A stretch of DNA of 64,000 nucleotides, from NCBI GenBank assembly GCA_964057225.1, contig OZ059896.1, forward strand, positions 21,824,001 through 21,888,000. Reading direction: 5' to 3'. Shown in pieces: positions 10,801 to 24,600 of this stretch. The translations under genes and the position numbers were made by a program. The notes under the pieces were generated by a model that saw nothing but the letters and a program-made list of their open reading frames with translations, had not been told where the DNA came from and searched no databases. The DNA is from Auanema rhodensis (taxonomy: Eukaryota; Animalia; Nematoda). The first letter of the stretch is position 1, and each line of letters starts with the position of its first letter.

Positions 10801-13800
10801 GTATCAAGCGTTTCTCAATGTAGTATAGTGCATTCGATGCGGATTTTTAAGCTGCGTCGATCTGTGTTATCAGATTTGCGCTAGCTTAAAAATGCACCGA
10901 GATATCAACTGATATAAGTTCACACTTATATCCTCGATTTTCACATTGAAGAACTAATTTTTTCGTTGAATAACATTGTCCATCGTCTCTGCCTTGAAAA
11001 AAGAAATCTAAAAACATCTACTTTTTGCTAAATTATTCTGGAATTTTTCGAAAACATTTTTGTCAAAATGTTTTTGGAAGCAATGTTGAGTGTACATGAA
11101 AACTCAACATACACTAATGCATCATTTTTCAAACGATCATAACTAATTTTTGTATTAAACGTTTCTCAATGTAGTATAGTGCATTCGATGCGGATTTCTA
11201 AGCTGCGTCGATCTGTGTTATCAGATTTGCGCTAGCTTAAAAATGCACCGAGATATCAACTGATATAAGTTCACACTTATATCCTCGATTTTCACCCTGA
11301 AGAATTAATTTTTTCGTTGAATAACATTGTCCATCGTCTTTGCCTTGAAAAAAGAAATCTAAAAACATCTACTTTTCGCTAAATTATTTTGAAATTTTTC
11401 GAAAAAATTTTTGTCAAAATGTTTTTGGAAGCAATGTTGAGTGTACATGGAAACTCAACATACACTAATGCATCATTTTTCAAACAATCATAACTAATTT
11501 TTGTATTAAGCGTTTCTCAATGTAGTATAGTGCATTCGATGCGGATTTTTAAGCTGCGTCGATCTGTGTTATCAGATTTGCGCTAGCTTAAAAATGCACC
11601 AAGATATCAACTGATATAAGTGCACACTTATATCCTCGATTTTCACCCTGAAGAATTAATTTTTTCGTTGAATAACAATGTCCATCGTCTTTGCCTTAAA
11701 AAAAGGAATCTAAAAACATCTACTTTTTGCTAAATTATTTTGAAATTTTTCGAAAAAATTTTTGTCAAAATGTTTTTGGAAGCAATGTTGAGTGTACATG
11801 GAAACTCAACATACACTAATGCATCATTTTTCAAACGATCATAACTAATTTTTGTATCAAGCGTTTCTCAATGTAGTATAGTGCATTCGATGCGGATTTT
11901 TAAGCTGCGTCGATCTGTGTTATCAGATTTGCGCTAGCTTAAAAATGCACCGAGATATCAACTGATATAAGTTCACACTTATATCCTCGATTTTCACCCT
12001 GAAGAATTAATTTTTTCGTTGAATAACATTGTCCATCGTCTTTGCCTTGAAAAAAGGAATCTAAAAACATCTACTTTTTGCTAAATTATTTTGAAATTTT
12101 TCGAAAAAATTTTTGTCAAAATGTTTTTGGAAGCAATGTTGAGTGTACATGGAAACTCAACATACACTAATGCATCATTTTTCAAACGATCATAACTAAT
12201 TTTTGTATTAAGCGTTTCTCAATGTGATATAGTGCATTCGATGCGGATTTTTAAGCTGCGTCGATCTGTGTTATCAGATTTGCGCTAGCTTAAAAATGCA
12301 CCGAGATATCAACTGATATAAGTTCACACTTATATCCTCGATTTTCACATTGAAGAACTAATTTTTTCGTTGAATAACATTGTCCATCGTCTCTGCCTTG
12401 AAAAAAGAAATCTAAAAACATCTACTTTTTGCTAAATTATTCTGGAATTTTTCGAAAAAATTTTTGTCAAAATGTTTTTGGAAGCAATGTTGAGTGTACA
12501 TGAAAACTCAACATACACTAATGCATCATTTTTCAAACGATCATAACTAATTTTTGTATTAAATGTTTCTCAATGTAGTATAGTGCATTCGATGCGGATT
12601 TCTAAGCTGCGTCGATCTGTGTTATCAGATTTGCGCTAGCTTAAAAATGCACCGAGATATCAACTGATATAAGTTCACACTTATATCCTCGATTTTCACC
12701 CTGAAGAATTAATTTTTTCGTTGAATAACATTGTCCATCGTCTTTGCCTTGAAAAAAGAAATCTAAAAACATCTACTTTTCGCTAAATTATTTTGAAATT
12801 TTTCGAAAAAATTTTTGTCAAAATGTTTTTGGAAGCAATGTTGAGTGTACATGGAAACTCAACATACACTAATGCATCATTTTTCAAACAATCATAACTA
12901 ATTTTTGTATTAAGCGTTTCTCAATGTAGTATAGTGCATTCGATGCGGATTTTTAAGCTGCGTCGATCTGTGTTATCAGATTTGCGCTAGCTTAAAAATG
13001 CACCAAGATATCAACTGATATAAGTGCACACTTATATCCTCGATTTTCACCCTGAAGAATTAATTTTTTCGTTGAATAACAATGTCCATCGTCTTTGCCT
13101 TAAAAAAAGGAATCTAAAAACATCTACTTTTTGCTAAATTATTTTGAAATTTTTCGAAAAAATTTTTGTCAAAATGTTTTTGGAAGCAATGTTGAGTGTA
13201 CATGGAAACTCAACATACACTAATGCATCATTTTTCAAACGATCATAACTAATTTTTGTATCAAGCGTTTCTCAATGTAGTATAGTGCATTCGATGCGGA
13301 TTTTTAAGCTGCGTCGATCTGTGTTATCAGATTTGCGCTAGCTTAAAAATGCACCGAGATATCAACTGATATAAGTTCACACTTATATCCTCGATTTTCA
13401 CATTGAAGAACTAATTTTTTCGTTGAATAACATTGTCCATCGTCTCTGCCTTGAAAAAAGAAATCTAAAAACATCTACGTTTTGCTAAATTATTCTGGAA
13501 TTTTTCGAAAAAATTTTTGTCAAAATGTTTTTGGAAGCAATGTTGAGTGTACATGAAAACTCAACATACACTAATGCATCATTTTTCAAACGATCATAAC
13601 TAATTTTTGTATTAAACGTTTCTCAATGTAGTATAGTGCATTCGATGCGGATTTCTAAGCTGCGTCGATCTGTGTTATCAGATTTGCGCTAGCTTAAAAA
13701 TGCACCGAGATATCAACTGATATAAGTTCACACTTATATCCTCGATTTTCACCCTGAAGAATTAATTTTTTCGTTGAATAACATTGTCCATCGTCTTTGC

Positions 13801-16770
13801 CTTGAAAAAAGAAATCTAAAAACATCTACTTTTCGCTAAATTATTTTGAAATTTTTCGAAAAAATTTTTGTCAAAATGTTTTTGGAAGCAATGTTGAGTG
13901 TACATGGAAACTCAACATACACTAATGCATCATTTTTCAAACAATCATAACTAATTTTTGTATTAAGCGTTTCTCAATGTAGTATAGTGCATTCGATGCG
14001 GATTTTTAAGCTGCGTCGATCTGTGTTATCAGATTTGCGCTAGCTTAAAAATGCACCAAGATATCAACTGATATAAGTGCACACTTATATCCTCGATTTT
14101 CACCCTGAAGAATTAATTTTTTCGTTGAATAACAATGTCCATCGTCTTTGCCTTAAAAAAAGGAATCTAAAAACATCTACTTTTTGCTAAATTATTTTGA
14201 AATTTTTCGAAAAAATTTTTGTCAAAATGTTTTTGGAAGCAATGTTGAGTGTACATGGAAACTCAACATACACTAATGCATCATTTTTCAAACGATCATA
14301 ACTAATTTTTGTATCAAGCGTTTCTCAATGTAGTATAGTGCGTTCGATGCGGATTTTTGAGCTGCGTCGATCTGTGTTATCAGATTTGCGCTAGCTTAAA
14401 AACGCACCGAGATATCAACTGATATAAGTTCACACTTATATCCTCGATTTTCACATTGAAGAACTAATTTTTTCGTTGAATAACATTGTCCATCGTCTCT
14501 GCCTTGAAAAAAGAAATCTAAAAACATCTACTTTTTGCTAAATTATTTTGGAATTTTTCGAAAAAATTTTTGTCAAAATGTTTTTGGAAGCAATGTTGAG
14601 TGTACATGAAAACTCAACATACACTAATGCATCATTTTTCAAACGATCATAACTAATTTTTGTATTAAACGTTTCTCAATGTAGTATAGTGCATTCGATG
14701 CGGATTTCTAAGCTGCGTCGATCTGTGTTATCAGATTTGCGCTAGCTTAAAAATGCACCGAGATATCAACTGATATAAGTTCACACTTATATCCTCGATT
14801 TTCACCCTGAAGAATTAATTTTTTCGTTGAATAACATTGTCCATCGTCTTTGCCTTGAAAAAAGAAATCTAAAAACATCTACTTTTCGCTAAATTATTTT
14901 GAAATTTTTCGAAAAAATTTTTGTCAAAATGTTTTTGGAAGCAATGTTGAGTGTACATGGAAACTCAACATACACTAATGCATCATTTTTCAAACGATCA
15001 TAACTAATTTTTGTATTAAGCGTTTCTCAATGTGATATAGTGCATTCGATGCGGATTTTTAAGCTGCGTCGATCTGTGTTATCAGATTTGCGCTAGCTTA
15101 AAAATGCACCAAGATATCAACTGATATAAGTGCACACTTATATCCTCGATTTTCACCCTGAAGAATTAATTTTCCGTTGAATAACATTGTCCATCGTCTT
15201 TGCCTTGAAAAAAGGAATCTAAAAACATCCACTTTTTGCTAAATTATTTCGAAATTTTTCGAAAAAATTTTTGTCAAAATGTTTTTGGAAGCAATGTTGA
15301 GTGTACATGGAAACTCAACATACACTAATGCATCATTTTTCAAACGATCATAACTAATTTTTGTATTAAGCGTTTCTCAATGTAGTATAGTGCATTCGAT
15401 GCGGATTTTTAAGCTGCGTCGATCTGTGTTATCAGATTTGCGCTAGCTTAAAAATGCACCAAGATATCAACTGATATAAGTGAACACTTATATCCTCGAT
15501 TTTCACCCTGAAGAATTAATTTTTTCGTTGAATAACATTGTCCATCGTCTTTGCCTTGAAAAAAGAAATCTAAAAACATCTACTTTTTGCTAAATTATTT
15601 TGAAATTTTTCGAAAAAATTTTTGTCAAAATGTTTTTGGAAGCAATGTTGAGTGTACATGGAAACTCAACATACACTAAGGCATCATTTTTCAAACGATC
15701 ATAACTAATTTTTGTATTAAGCGTTTCTCAATGTAGTATAGTGCATTCGATGCGGATTTTTGAGCTGCGTCGATCTGTGTTATCAGATTTGCGCTAGCTT
15801 AAAAATGCACCAAGATATCAACTGATATAAGTGAACACTTATATCCTCGATTTTCACCCTGAAGAATTAATTTTTTCGTTGAATAACATTGTCCATCGTC
15901 TTTGCCTTGAAAAAAGAAATCTAAAAACATCTACTTTTTGCTAAATTATTTTGAAATTTTTCGAAAAAATTTTTGTCAAAATGTTTTTGGAAGCAATGTT
16001 GAGTGTACATGGAAACTCAACATACACTAAGGCATCATTTTTCAAACGATCATAACTAATTTTTGTATTAAGCGTTTCTCAATGTAGTATAGTGCATTCG
16101 ATGCGGATTTTTGAGCTGCGTCGATCTGTGTTATCAGATTTGCGCTAGCTTAAAAATGCACCGAGATATCAACTGATATAAGTTCACACTTATATCCTCG
16201 ATTTTCACCCTGAAGAATTAATTTTTTCGTTGAATAACATTGTCCATCGTCTTTGCCTTGAAAAAAGGAATCTAAAAACATCTACTTTTTGCTAAATTAT
16301 TTTGAAATTTTTCGAAAAAATTTTTGTCAAAATGTTGTTGGAAGCAATGTTGAGTGTACATGGAAACTCAACATACACTAATGCATCATTTTTCAAACGA
16401 TCATAACTAATTTTTATATTAAGCGTTTCTCAATGTAGTAAAGTGCATTCGATGCGGATTTTTAAGCTGCGTCGATCTGTGTTATCAGATTTGCGCTAGC
16501 TTAAAAATGCACCGAGATATCAACTGATATAAGTTCACACTTATATCCTCGATTTTCACCCTGAAGAATTAATTTTTTCGTTGAATAACATTGTCCATCG
16601 TCTTTGCCTTGAAAAAAGGAATCTAAAAACATCTACTTTTTGCTAAATTATTTTGAAATTTTTCGAAAAAATTTTTGTCAAAATGTTTTTGGAAGCAATG
16701 TTGAGTGTACATGGAAACTCAACATACACTAATGCATCATTTTTCAAACGATCATAACTAATTTTTGTAT
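4802..16770. repeat. Tandem duplication of a 17-monomer, 5966-bp block (two copies)
   Basis: Rare SNPs recur at exactly +5966: 5089/11055 (GAAAACAT), 6598/12564, 7513/13479 (CTACGTTT), 8376/14342 (GTGCGTT), 10450/16416 (TTTTATATT). Confidence 0.93.
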
Positions 16771-18600
16771 TAAGCGTTTCTCAATGTGATATAGTGCATT
16801 CGATGCGGATTTTTAAGCTGCGTCGATCTGTGTTATCAGATTTGCGCTAGCTTAAAAATGCACCGAGATATCAACTGATATAAGTTCACACTTATATCCT
16901 CGATTTTCACATTGAAGAACTAATTTTTTCGTTGAATAACATTGTCCATCGTCTCTGCCTTGAAAAAAGAAATCTAAAAACATCTACTTTTTGCTAAATT
17001 ATTTTGGAATTTTTCGAAAAAATTTTTGTCAAAATGTTTTTGGAAGCAATGTTGAGTGTACATGAAAACTCAACATACACTAATGCATCATTTTTCAAAC
17101 GATCATAACTAATTTTTGTATTAAACGTTTCTCAATGTAGTATAGTGCATTCGATGCGGATTTCTAAGCTGCGTCGATCTGTGTTATCAGATTTGCGCTA
17201 GCTTAAAAATGCACCGAGATATCAACTGATATAAGTTCACACTTATATCCTCGATTTTCACCCTGAAGAATTAATTTTTTCGTTGAATAACATTGTCCAT
17301 CGTCTTTGCCTTGAAAAAAGGAATCTAAAAACATCCACTTTTTGCTAAATTATTTCGAAATTTTTCGAAAAAATTTTTGTCAAAATGTTTTTGGAAGCAA
17401 TGTTGAGTGTACATGGAAACTCAACATACACTAATGCATCATTTTTCAAACGATCATAACTAATTTTTGTATTAAGCGTTTCTCAATGTAGTATAGTGCA
17501 TTCGATGCGGATTTTTAAGCTGCGTCGATCTGTGTTATCAGATTTGCGCTAGCTTAAAAATGCACCAAGATATCAACTGATATAAGTGAACACTTATATC
17601 CTCGATTTTCACCCTGAAGAATTAATTTTTTCGTTGAATAACATTGTCCATCGTCTTTGCCTTGAAAAAAGAAATCTAAAAACATCTACTTTTTGCTAAA
17701 TTATTTTGAAATTTTTCGAAAAAATTTTTGTCAAAATGTTTTTGGAAGCAATGTTGAGTGTACATGGAAACTCAACATACACTAAGGCATCATTTTTCAA
17801 ACGATCATAACTAATTTTTGTATTAAGCGTTTCTCAATGTAGTATAGTGCATTCGATGCGGATTTTTGAGCTGCGTCGATCTGTGTTATCAGATTTGCGC
17901 TAGCTTAAAAATGCACCGAGATATCAACTGATATAAGTTCACACTTATATCCTCGATTTTCACCCTGAAGAATTAATTTTTTCGTTGAATAACATTGTCC
18001 ATCGTCTTTGCCTTGAAAAAAGGAATCTAAAAACATCTACTTTTTGCTAAATTATTTTGAAATTTTTCGAAAAAATTTTTGTCAAAATGTTTTTGGAAGC
18101 AATGTTGAGTGTACATGGAAACTCAACATACACTAATGCATCATTTTTCAAACGATCATAACTAATTTTTGTATTAAGCGTTTCTCAATGTGATATAGTG
18201 CATTCGATGCGGATTTTTAAGCTGCGTCGATCTGTGTTATCAGATTTGCGCTAGCTTAAAAATGCACCGAGATATCAACTGATATAAGTTCACACTTATA
18301 TCCTCGATTTTCACATTGAAGAACTAATTTTTTCGTTGAATAACATTGTCCATCGTCTCTGCCTTGAAAAAAGAAATCTAAAAACATCTACTTTTTGCTA
18401 AATTATTCTGGAATTTTTCGAAAAAATTTTTGTCAAAATGTTTTTGGAAGCAATGTTGAGTGTACATGAAAACTCAACATACACTAATGCATCATTTTTC
18501 AAACGATCATAACTAATTTTTGTATTAAACGTTTCTCAATGTAGTATAGTGCATTCGATGCGGATTTCTAAGCTGCGTCGATCTGTGTTATCAGATTTGC

Positions 18601-21600
18601 GCTAGCTTAAAAATGCACCGAGATATCAACTGATATAAGTTCACACTTATATGCTCGATTTTCACATTGAAGAACTAATTTTTTCGTTGAATAACATTGT
18701 CCATCGTCTCTGCCTTGAAAAAAGAAATCTAAAAACATCTACTTTTTGCTAAATTATTTTGGAATTTTTCGAAAAAATTTTTGTCAAAATGTTTTTGGAA
18801 GCAATGTTGAGTGTACATGAAAACTCAACATACACTAATGCATCATTTTTCAAACGATCATAACTAATTTTTGTATTAAACGTTTCTCAATGTAGTATAG
18901 TGCATTCGATGCGGATTTCTAAGCTGCGTCGATCTGTGTTATCAGATTTGCGCTAGCTTAAAAATGCACCGAGATATCAACTGATATAAGTTCACACTTA
19001 TATCCTCGATTTTCACCCTGAAGAATTAATTTTTTCGTTGAATAACATTGTCCATCGTCTTTGCCTTGAAAAAAGAAATCTAAAAACATCTACTTTTCGC
19101 TAAATTATTTTGAAATTTTTCGAAAAAATTTTTGTCAAAATGTTTTTGGAAGCAATGTTGAGTGTACATGGAAACTCAACATACACTAAGGCATCATTTT
19201 TCAAACGATCATAACTAATTTTTGTATTAAGCGTTTCTCAATGTAGTATAGTGCATTCGATGCGGATTTTTGAGCTGCGTCGATCTGTGTTATCAGATTT
19301 GCGCTAGCTTAAAAATGCACCAAGATATCAACTGATATAAGTGCACACTTATATCCTCGATTTTCACCCTGAAGAATTAATTTTCCGTTGAATAACATTG
19401 TCCATCGTCTTTGCCTTGAAAAAAGGAATCTAAAAACATCCACTTTTTGCTAAATTATTTCGAAATTTTTCGAAAAAATTTTTGTCAAAATGTTTTTGGA
19501 AGCAATGTTGAGTGTACATGGAAACTCAACATACACTAATGCATCATTTTTCAAACGATCATAACTAATTTTTGTATTAAGCGTTTCTCAATGTAGTATA
19601 GTGCATTCGATGCGGATTTTTAAGCTGCGTCGATCTGTGTTATCAGATTTGCGCTAGCTTAAAAATGCACCAAGATATCAACTGATATAAGTGAACACTT
19701 ATATCCTCGATTTTCACCCTGAAGAATTAATTTTTTCGTTGAATAACATTGTCCATCGTCTTTGCCTTGAAAAAAGAAATCTAAAAACATCTACTTTTTG
19801 CTAAATTATTTTGAAATTTTTCGAAAAAATTTTTGTCAAAATGTTTTTGGAAGCAATGTTGAGTGTACATGGAAACTCAACATACACTAAGGCATCATTT
19901 TTCAAACGATCATAACTAATTTTTGTATTAAGCGTTTCTCAATGTAGTATAGTGCATTCGATGCGGATTTTTGAGCTGCGTCGATCTGTGTTATCAGATT
20001 TGCGCTAGCTTAAAAATGCACCGAGATATCAACTGATATAAGTTCACACTTATATCCTCGATTTTCACCCTGAAGAATTAATTTTTTCGTTGAATAACAT
20101 TGTCCATCGTCTTTGCCTTGAAAAAAGGAATCTAAAAACATCTACTTTTTGCTAAATTATTTTGAAATTTTTCGAAAAAATTTTTGTCAAAATGTTGTTG
20201 GAAGCAATGTTGAGTGTACATGGAAACTCAACATACACTAATGCATCATTTTTCAAACGATCATAACTAATTTTTGTATTAAGCGTTTCTCAATGTAGTA
20301 AAGTGCATTCGATGCGGATTTTTAAGCTGCGTCGATCTGTGTTATCAGATTTGCGCTAGCTTAAAAATGCACCGAGATATCAACTGATATAAGTTCACAC
20401 TTATATCCTCGATTTTCACCCTGAAGAATTAATTTTTTCGTTGAATAACATTGTCCATCGTCTTTGCCTTGAAAAAAGGAATCTAAAAACATCTACTTTT
20501 TGCTAAATTATTTTGAAATTTTTCGAAAAAATTTTTGTCAAAATGTTTTTGGAAGCAATGTTGAGTGTACATGGAAACTCAACATACACTAATGCATCAT
20601 TTTTCAAACGATCATAACTAATTTTTGTATTAAGCGTTTCTCAATGTGATATAGTGCATTCGATGCGGATTTTTAAGCTGCGTCGATCTGTGTTATCAGA
20701 TTTGCGCTAGCTTAAAAATGCACCGAGATATCAACTGATATAAGTTCACACTTATATCCTCGATTTTCACATTGAAGAACTAATTTTTTCGTTGAATAAC
20801 ATTGTCCATCGTCTCTGCCTTGAAAAAAGAAATCTAAAAACATCTACTTTTTGCTAAATTATTCTGGAATTTTTCGAAAAAATTTTTGTCAAAATGTTTT
20901 TGGAAGCAATGTTGAGTGTACATGAAAACTCAACATACACTAATGCATCATTTTTCAAACGATCATAACTAATTTTTGTATTAAACGTTTCTCAATGTAG
21001 TATAGTGCATTCGATGCGGATTTCTAAGCTGCGTCGATCTGTGTTATCAGATTTGCGCTAGCTTAAAAATGCACCGAGATATCAACTGATATAAGTTCAC
21101 ACTTATATCCTCGATTTTCACCCTGAAGAATTAATTTTTTCGTTGAATAACATTGTCCATCGTCTTTGCCTTGAAAAAAGAAATCTAAAAACATCTACTT
21201 TTCGCTAAATTATTTTGAAATTTTTCGAAAAAATTTTTGTCAAAATGTTTTTGGAAGCAATGTTGAGTGTACATGAAAACTCAACATACACTAATGCATC
21301 ATTTTTCAAACGATCATAACTAATTTTTGTATCAAGCGTTTCTCAATGTAGTATAGTGCATTCGATGCGGATTTTTGAGCTGCGTCGATCTGTGTTATCA
21401 GATTTGCGCTAGCTTAAAAACGCACCGAGATATCAACTGATATAAGTTCACACTTATATGCTCGATTTTCACATTGAAGAACTAATTTTTTCGTTGAATA
21501 ACATTGTCCATCGTCTCTGCCTTGAAAAAAGAAATCTAAAAACATCTACTTTTTGCTAAATTATTTTGGAATTTTTCGAAAAAATTTTTGTCAAAATGTT

Positions 21601-24600
21601 TTTGGAAGCAATGTTGAGTGTACATGAAAACTCAACATACACTAATGCATCATTTTTCAAACGATCATAACTAATTTTTGTATTAAACGTTTCTCAATGT
21701 AGTATAGTGCATTCGATGCGGATTTCTAAGCTGCGTCGATCTGTGTTATCAGATTTGCGCTAGCTTAAAAATGCACCGAGATATCAACTGATATAAGTTC
21801 ACACTTATATCCTCGATTTTCACCCTGAAGAATTAATTTTTTCGTTGAATAACATTGTCCATCGTCTTTGCCTTGAAAAAAGAAATCTAAAAACATCTAC
21901 TTTTCGCTAAATTATTTTGAAATTTTTCGAAAAAATTTTTGTCAAAATGTTTTTGGAAGCAATGTTGAGTGTACATGGAAACTCAACATACACTAATGCA
22001 TCATTTTTCAAACGATCATAACTAATTTTTGTATTAAGCGTTTCTCAATGTGATATAGTGCATTCGATGCGGATTTTTAAGCTGCGTCGATCTGTGTTAT
22101 CAGATTTGCGCTAGCTTAAAAATGCACCAAGATATCAACTGATATAAGTGCACACTTATATCCGCGATTTTCACCCTGAAGAATTAATTTTCCGTTGAAT
22201 AACATTGTCCATCGTCTTTGCCTTGAAAGAAGGAATCTAAAAACATCCACTTTTTGCTAAATTATTTCGAAATTTTTCGAAAAAATTTTTGTCAAAATGT
22301 TTTTGGAAGCAATGTTGAGTGTACATGGAAACTCAACATACACTAATGCATCATTTTTCAAACGATCATAACTAATTTTTGTATTAAGCGTTTCTCAATG
22401 TAGTATAGTGCATTCGATGCGGATTTTTAAGCTGCGTCGATCTGTGTTATCAGATTTGCGCTAGCTTAAAAATGCACCAAGATATCAACTGATATAAGTG
22501 AACACTTATATCCTCGATTTTCACCCTGAAGAATTAATTTTTTCGTTGAATAACATTGTCCATCGTCTTTGCCTTGAAAAAAGAAATCTAAAAACATCTA
22601 CTTTTTGCTAAATTATTTTGAAATTTTTCGAAAAAATTTTTGTCAAAATGTTTTTGGAAGCAATGTTGAGTGTACATGGAAACTCAACATACACTAAGGC
22701 ATCATTTTTCAAACGATCATAACTAATTTTTGTATTAAGCGTTTCTCAATGTAGTATAGTGCATTCGATGCGGATTTTTGAGCTGCGTCGATCTGTGTTA
22801 TCAGATTTGCGCTAGCTTAAAAATGCACCGAGATATCAACTGATATAAGTTCACACTTATATCCTCGATTATCACCCTGAAGAATTAATTTTTTCGTTGA
22901 ATAACATTGTCCATCGTCTTTGCCTTGAAAAAAGGAATCTAAAAACATCTACTTTTTGCTAAATTATTTTGAAATTTTTCGAAAAAATTTTTGTCAAAAT
23001 GTTGTTGGAAGCAATGTTGAGTGTACATGGAAACTCAACATACACTAATGCATCATTTTTCAAACGATCATAACTAATTTTTGTATTAAGCGTTTCTCAA
23101 TGTAGTAAAGTGCATTCGATGCGGATTTTTAAGCTGCGTCGATCTGTGTTATCAGATTTGCGCTAGCTTAAAAATGCACCGAGATATCAACTGATATAAG
23201 TTCACACTTATATCCTCGATTTTCACCCTGAAGAATTAATTTTTTCGTTGAATAACATTGTCCATCGTCTTTGCTTTGAAAAAAGGAATCTAAAAACATC
23301 TACTTTTCGCTAAATTATTTTGAAATTTTTCGAAAAAATTTTTGTCAAAATGTTTTTGGAAGCAATGTTGAGTGTACATGGAAACTCAACATACACTAAT
23401 GCATCATTTTTCAAACGATCATAACTAATTTTTGTATTAAGCGTTTCTCAATGTGATATAGTGCATTCGATGCGGATTTTTAAGCTGCGTCGATCTGTGT
23501 TATCAGATTTGCGCTAGCTTAAAAATGCACCGAGATATCAACTGATATAAGTTCACACTTATATCCTCGATTTTCACATTGAAGAACTAATTTTTTCGTT
23601 GAATAACATTGTCCATCGTCTCTGCCTTGAAAAAAGAAATCTAAAAACATCTACTTTTTGCTAAATTATTCTGGAATTTTTCGAAAAAATTTTTGTCAAA
23701 ATGTTTTTGGAAGCAATGTTGAGTGTACATGAAAACTCAACATACACTAATGCATCATTTTTCAAACGATCATAACTAATTTTTGTATTAAGCGTTTCTC
23801 AATGTAGTATAGTGCATTCGATGCGGATTTTTAAGCTGCGTCGATCTGTGTTATCAGATTTGCGCTAGCTTAAAAATGCACCGAGATATCAACTGATATA
23901 AGTTCACACTTATATCCTCGATTTTCACCCTGAAGAACTAATTTTTTCGTTGAATAACATTGTCCATCGTCTTTGCCTTGAAAAAAGAAATCTAAAAACA
24001 TCTACTTTTCGCTAAATTATTTTGAAATTTTTCGAAAAAATTTTTGTCAAAATGTTTTTGGAAGCAATGTTGAGTGTACATGAAAACTCAACATACACTA
24101 ATGCATCATTTTTCAAACGATCATAACTAATTTTTGTATCAAGCGTTTCTCAATGTAGTATAGTGCATTCGATGCGGATTTTTGAGCTGCGTCGATCTGT
24201 GTTATCAGATTTGCGCTAGCTTAAAAACGCACCGAGATATCAACTGATATAAGTTCACACTTATATGCTCGATTTTCACATTGAAGAACTAATTTTTTCG
24301 TTGAATAACATTGTCCATCGTCTCTGCCTTGAAAAAAGAAATCTAAAAACATCTACTTTTTGCTAAATTATTTTGGAATTTTTCGAAAAAATTTTTGTCA
24401 AAATGTTTTTGGAAGCAATGTTGAGTGTACATGAAAACTCAACATACACTAATGCATCATTTTTCAAACGATCATAACTAATTTTTGTATTAAACGTTTC
24501 TCAATGTAGTATAGTGCATTCGATGCGGATTTCTAAGCTGCGTCGATCTGTGTTATCAGATTTGCGCTAGCTTAAAAATGCACCGAGATATCAACTGATA

